Source: Macrostomum lignano (Eukaryota). Taken from it: 64,000 bases of DNA. A program made the position numbers and the translations under genes. Numbering within the stretch: position 1 is the first letter of the stretch; each line of letters starts with the position of its first letter. Below the pieces are notes generated by a model that was not told the DNA's origin, made no database searches, and saw nothing but the letters and a program-made list of their open reading frames with translations. The stretch is from the NCBI GenBank assembly GCA_002269645.1, contig NIVC01001860.1:124001-188000 (forward strand), given 5' to 3'. Shown in pieces: positions 63,885 through 64,000 of the stretch.

Positions 63885-64000
63885 GAGTTTGGGGATCATT
63901 AATATCAGGGATTAATGAGTTTGGGTCATTAATGTCAGGGATTAATGAGTTTGGGTCATTAATGTCAGGGATTAATGAGTTTTGGATCATTAATGTCAGG
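63885..64000. repeat. Tandem repeat TCATTAATGTCAGGGATTAATGAGTTTGGG (~30 bp), truncated by the window end
   Basis: About 3-4 copies; probably in a UBE2Z intron. Confidence 0.8.

Overview
Eukaryotic (animal) genomic DNA with GC-rich exons, GT-AG introns (acceptors mostly ...CCCGCAG) and a different minisatellite array in most of the long introns. This architecture suggests a flatworm such as Macrostomum, but that is inference only. Five spliced genes can be reconstructed with consistent exon phases: WDSUB1 (+, 5279-16889), an otopetrin proton channel (-, 19772-26676), SPEF2 (+, 35006-49614), a somatostatin/allatostatin-C-like GPCR (-, 55482-57309) and the 3' end of UBE2Z (-, 61055-63723). Mobile elements are a near-intact 5.8 kb LOA/R1-group non-LTR retrotransposon with a 13-bp TSD (27410-33220), Crypton-like and IS630-Tc1-like remnants, a 5'-truncated RTE-type LINE with an 8-bp TSD, and a 279-bp TIR element (MITE). 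The MITE carries a degenerate copy of 28S rRNA helix 69 and the R2/I-PpoI target site, altered exactly at the cleavage point, and is the most unusual item. Several 5' splice sites are also followed by their own reverse complement, which in two introns seeds the minisatellite. Most long low-complexity ORFs in the supplied track are artefacts of tandem repeats.
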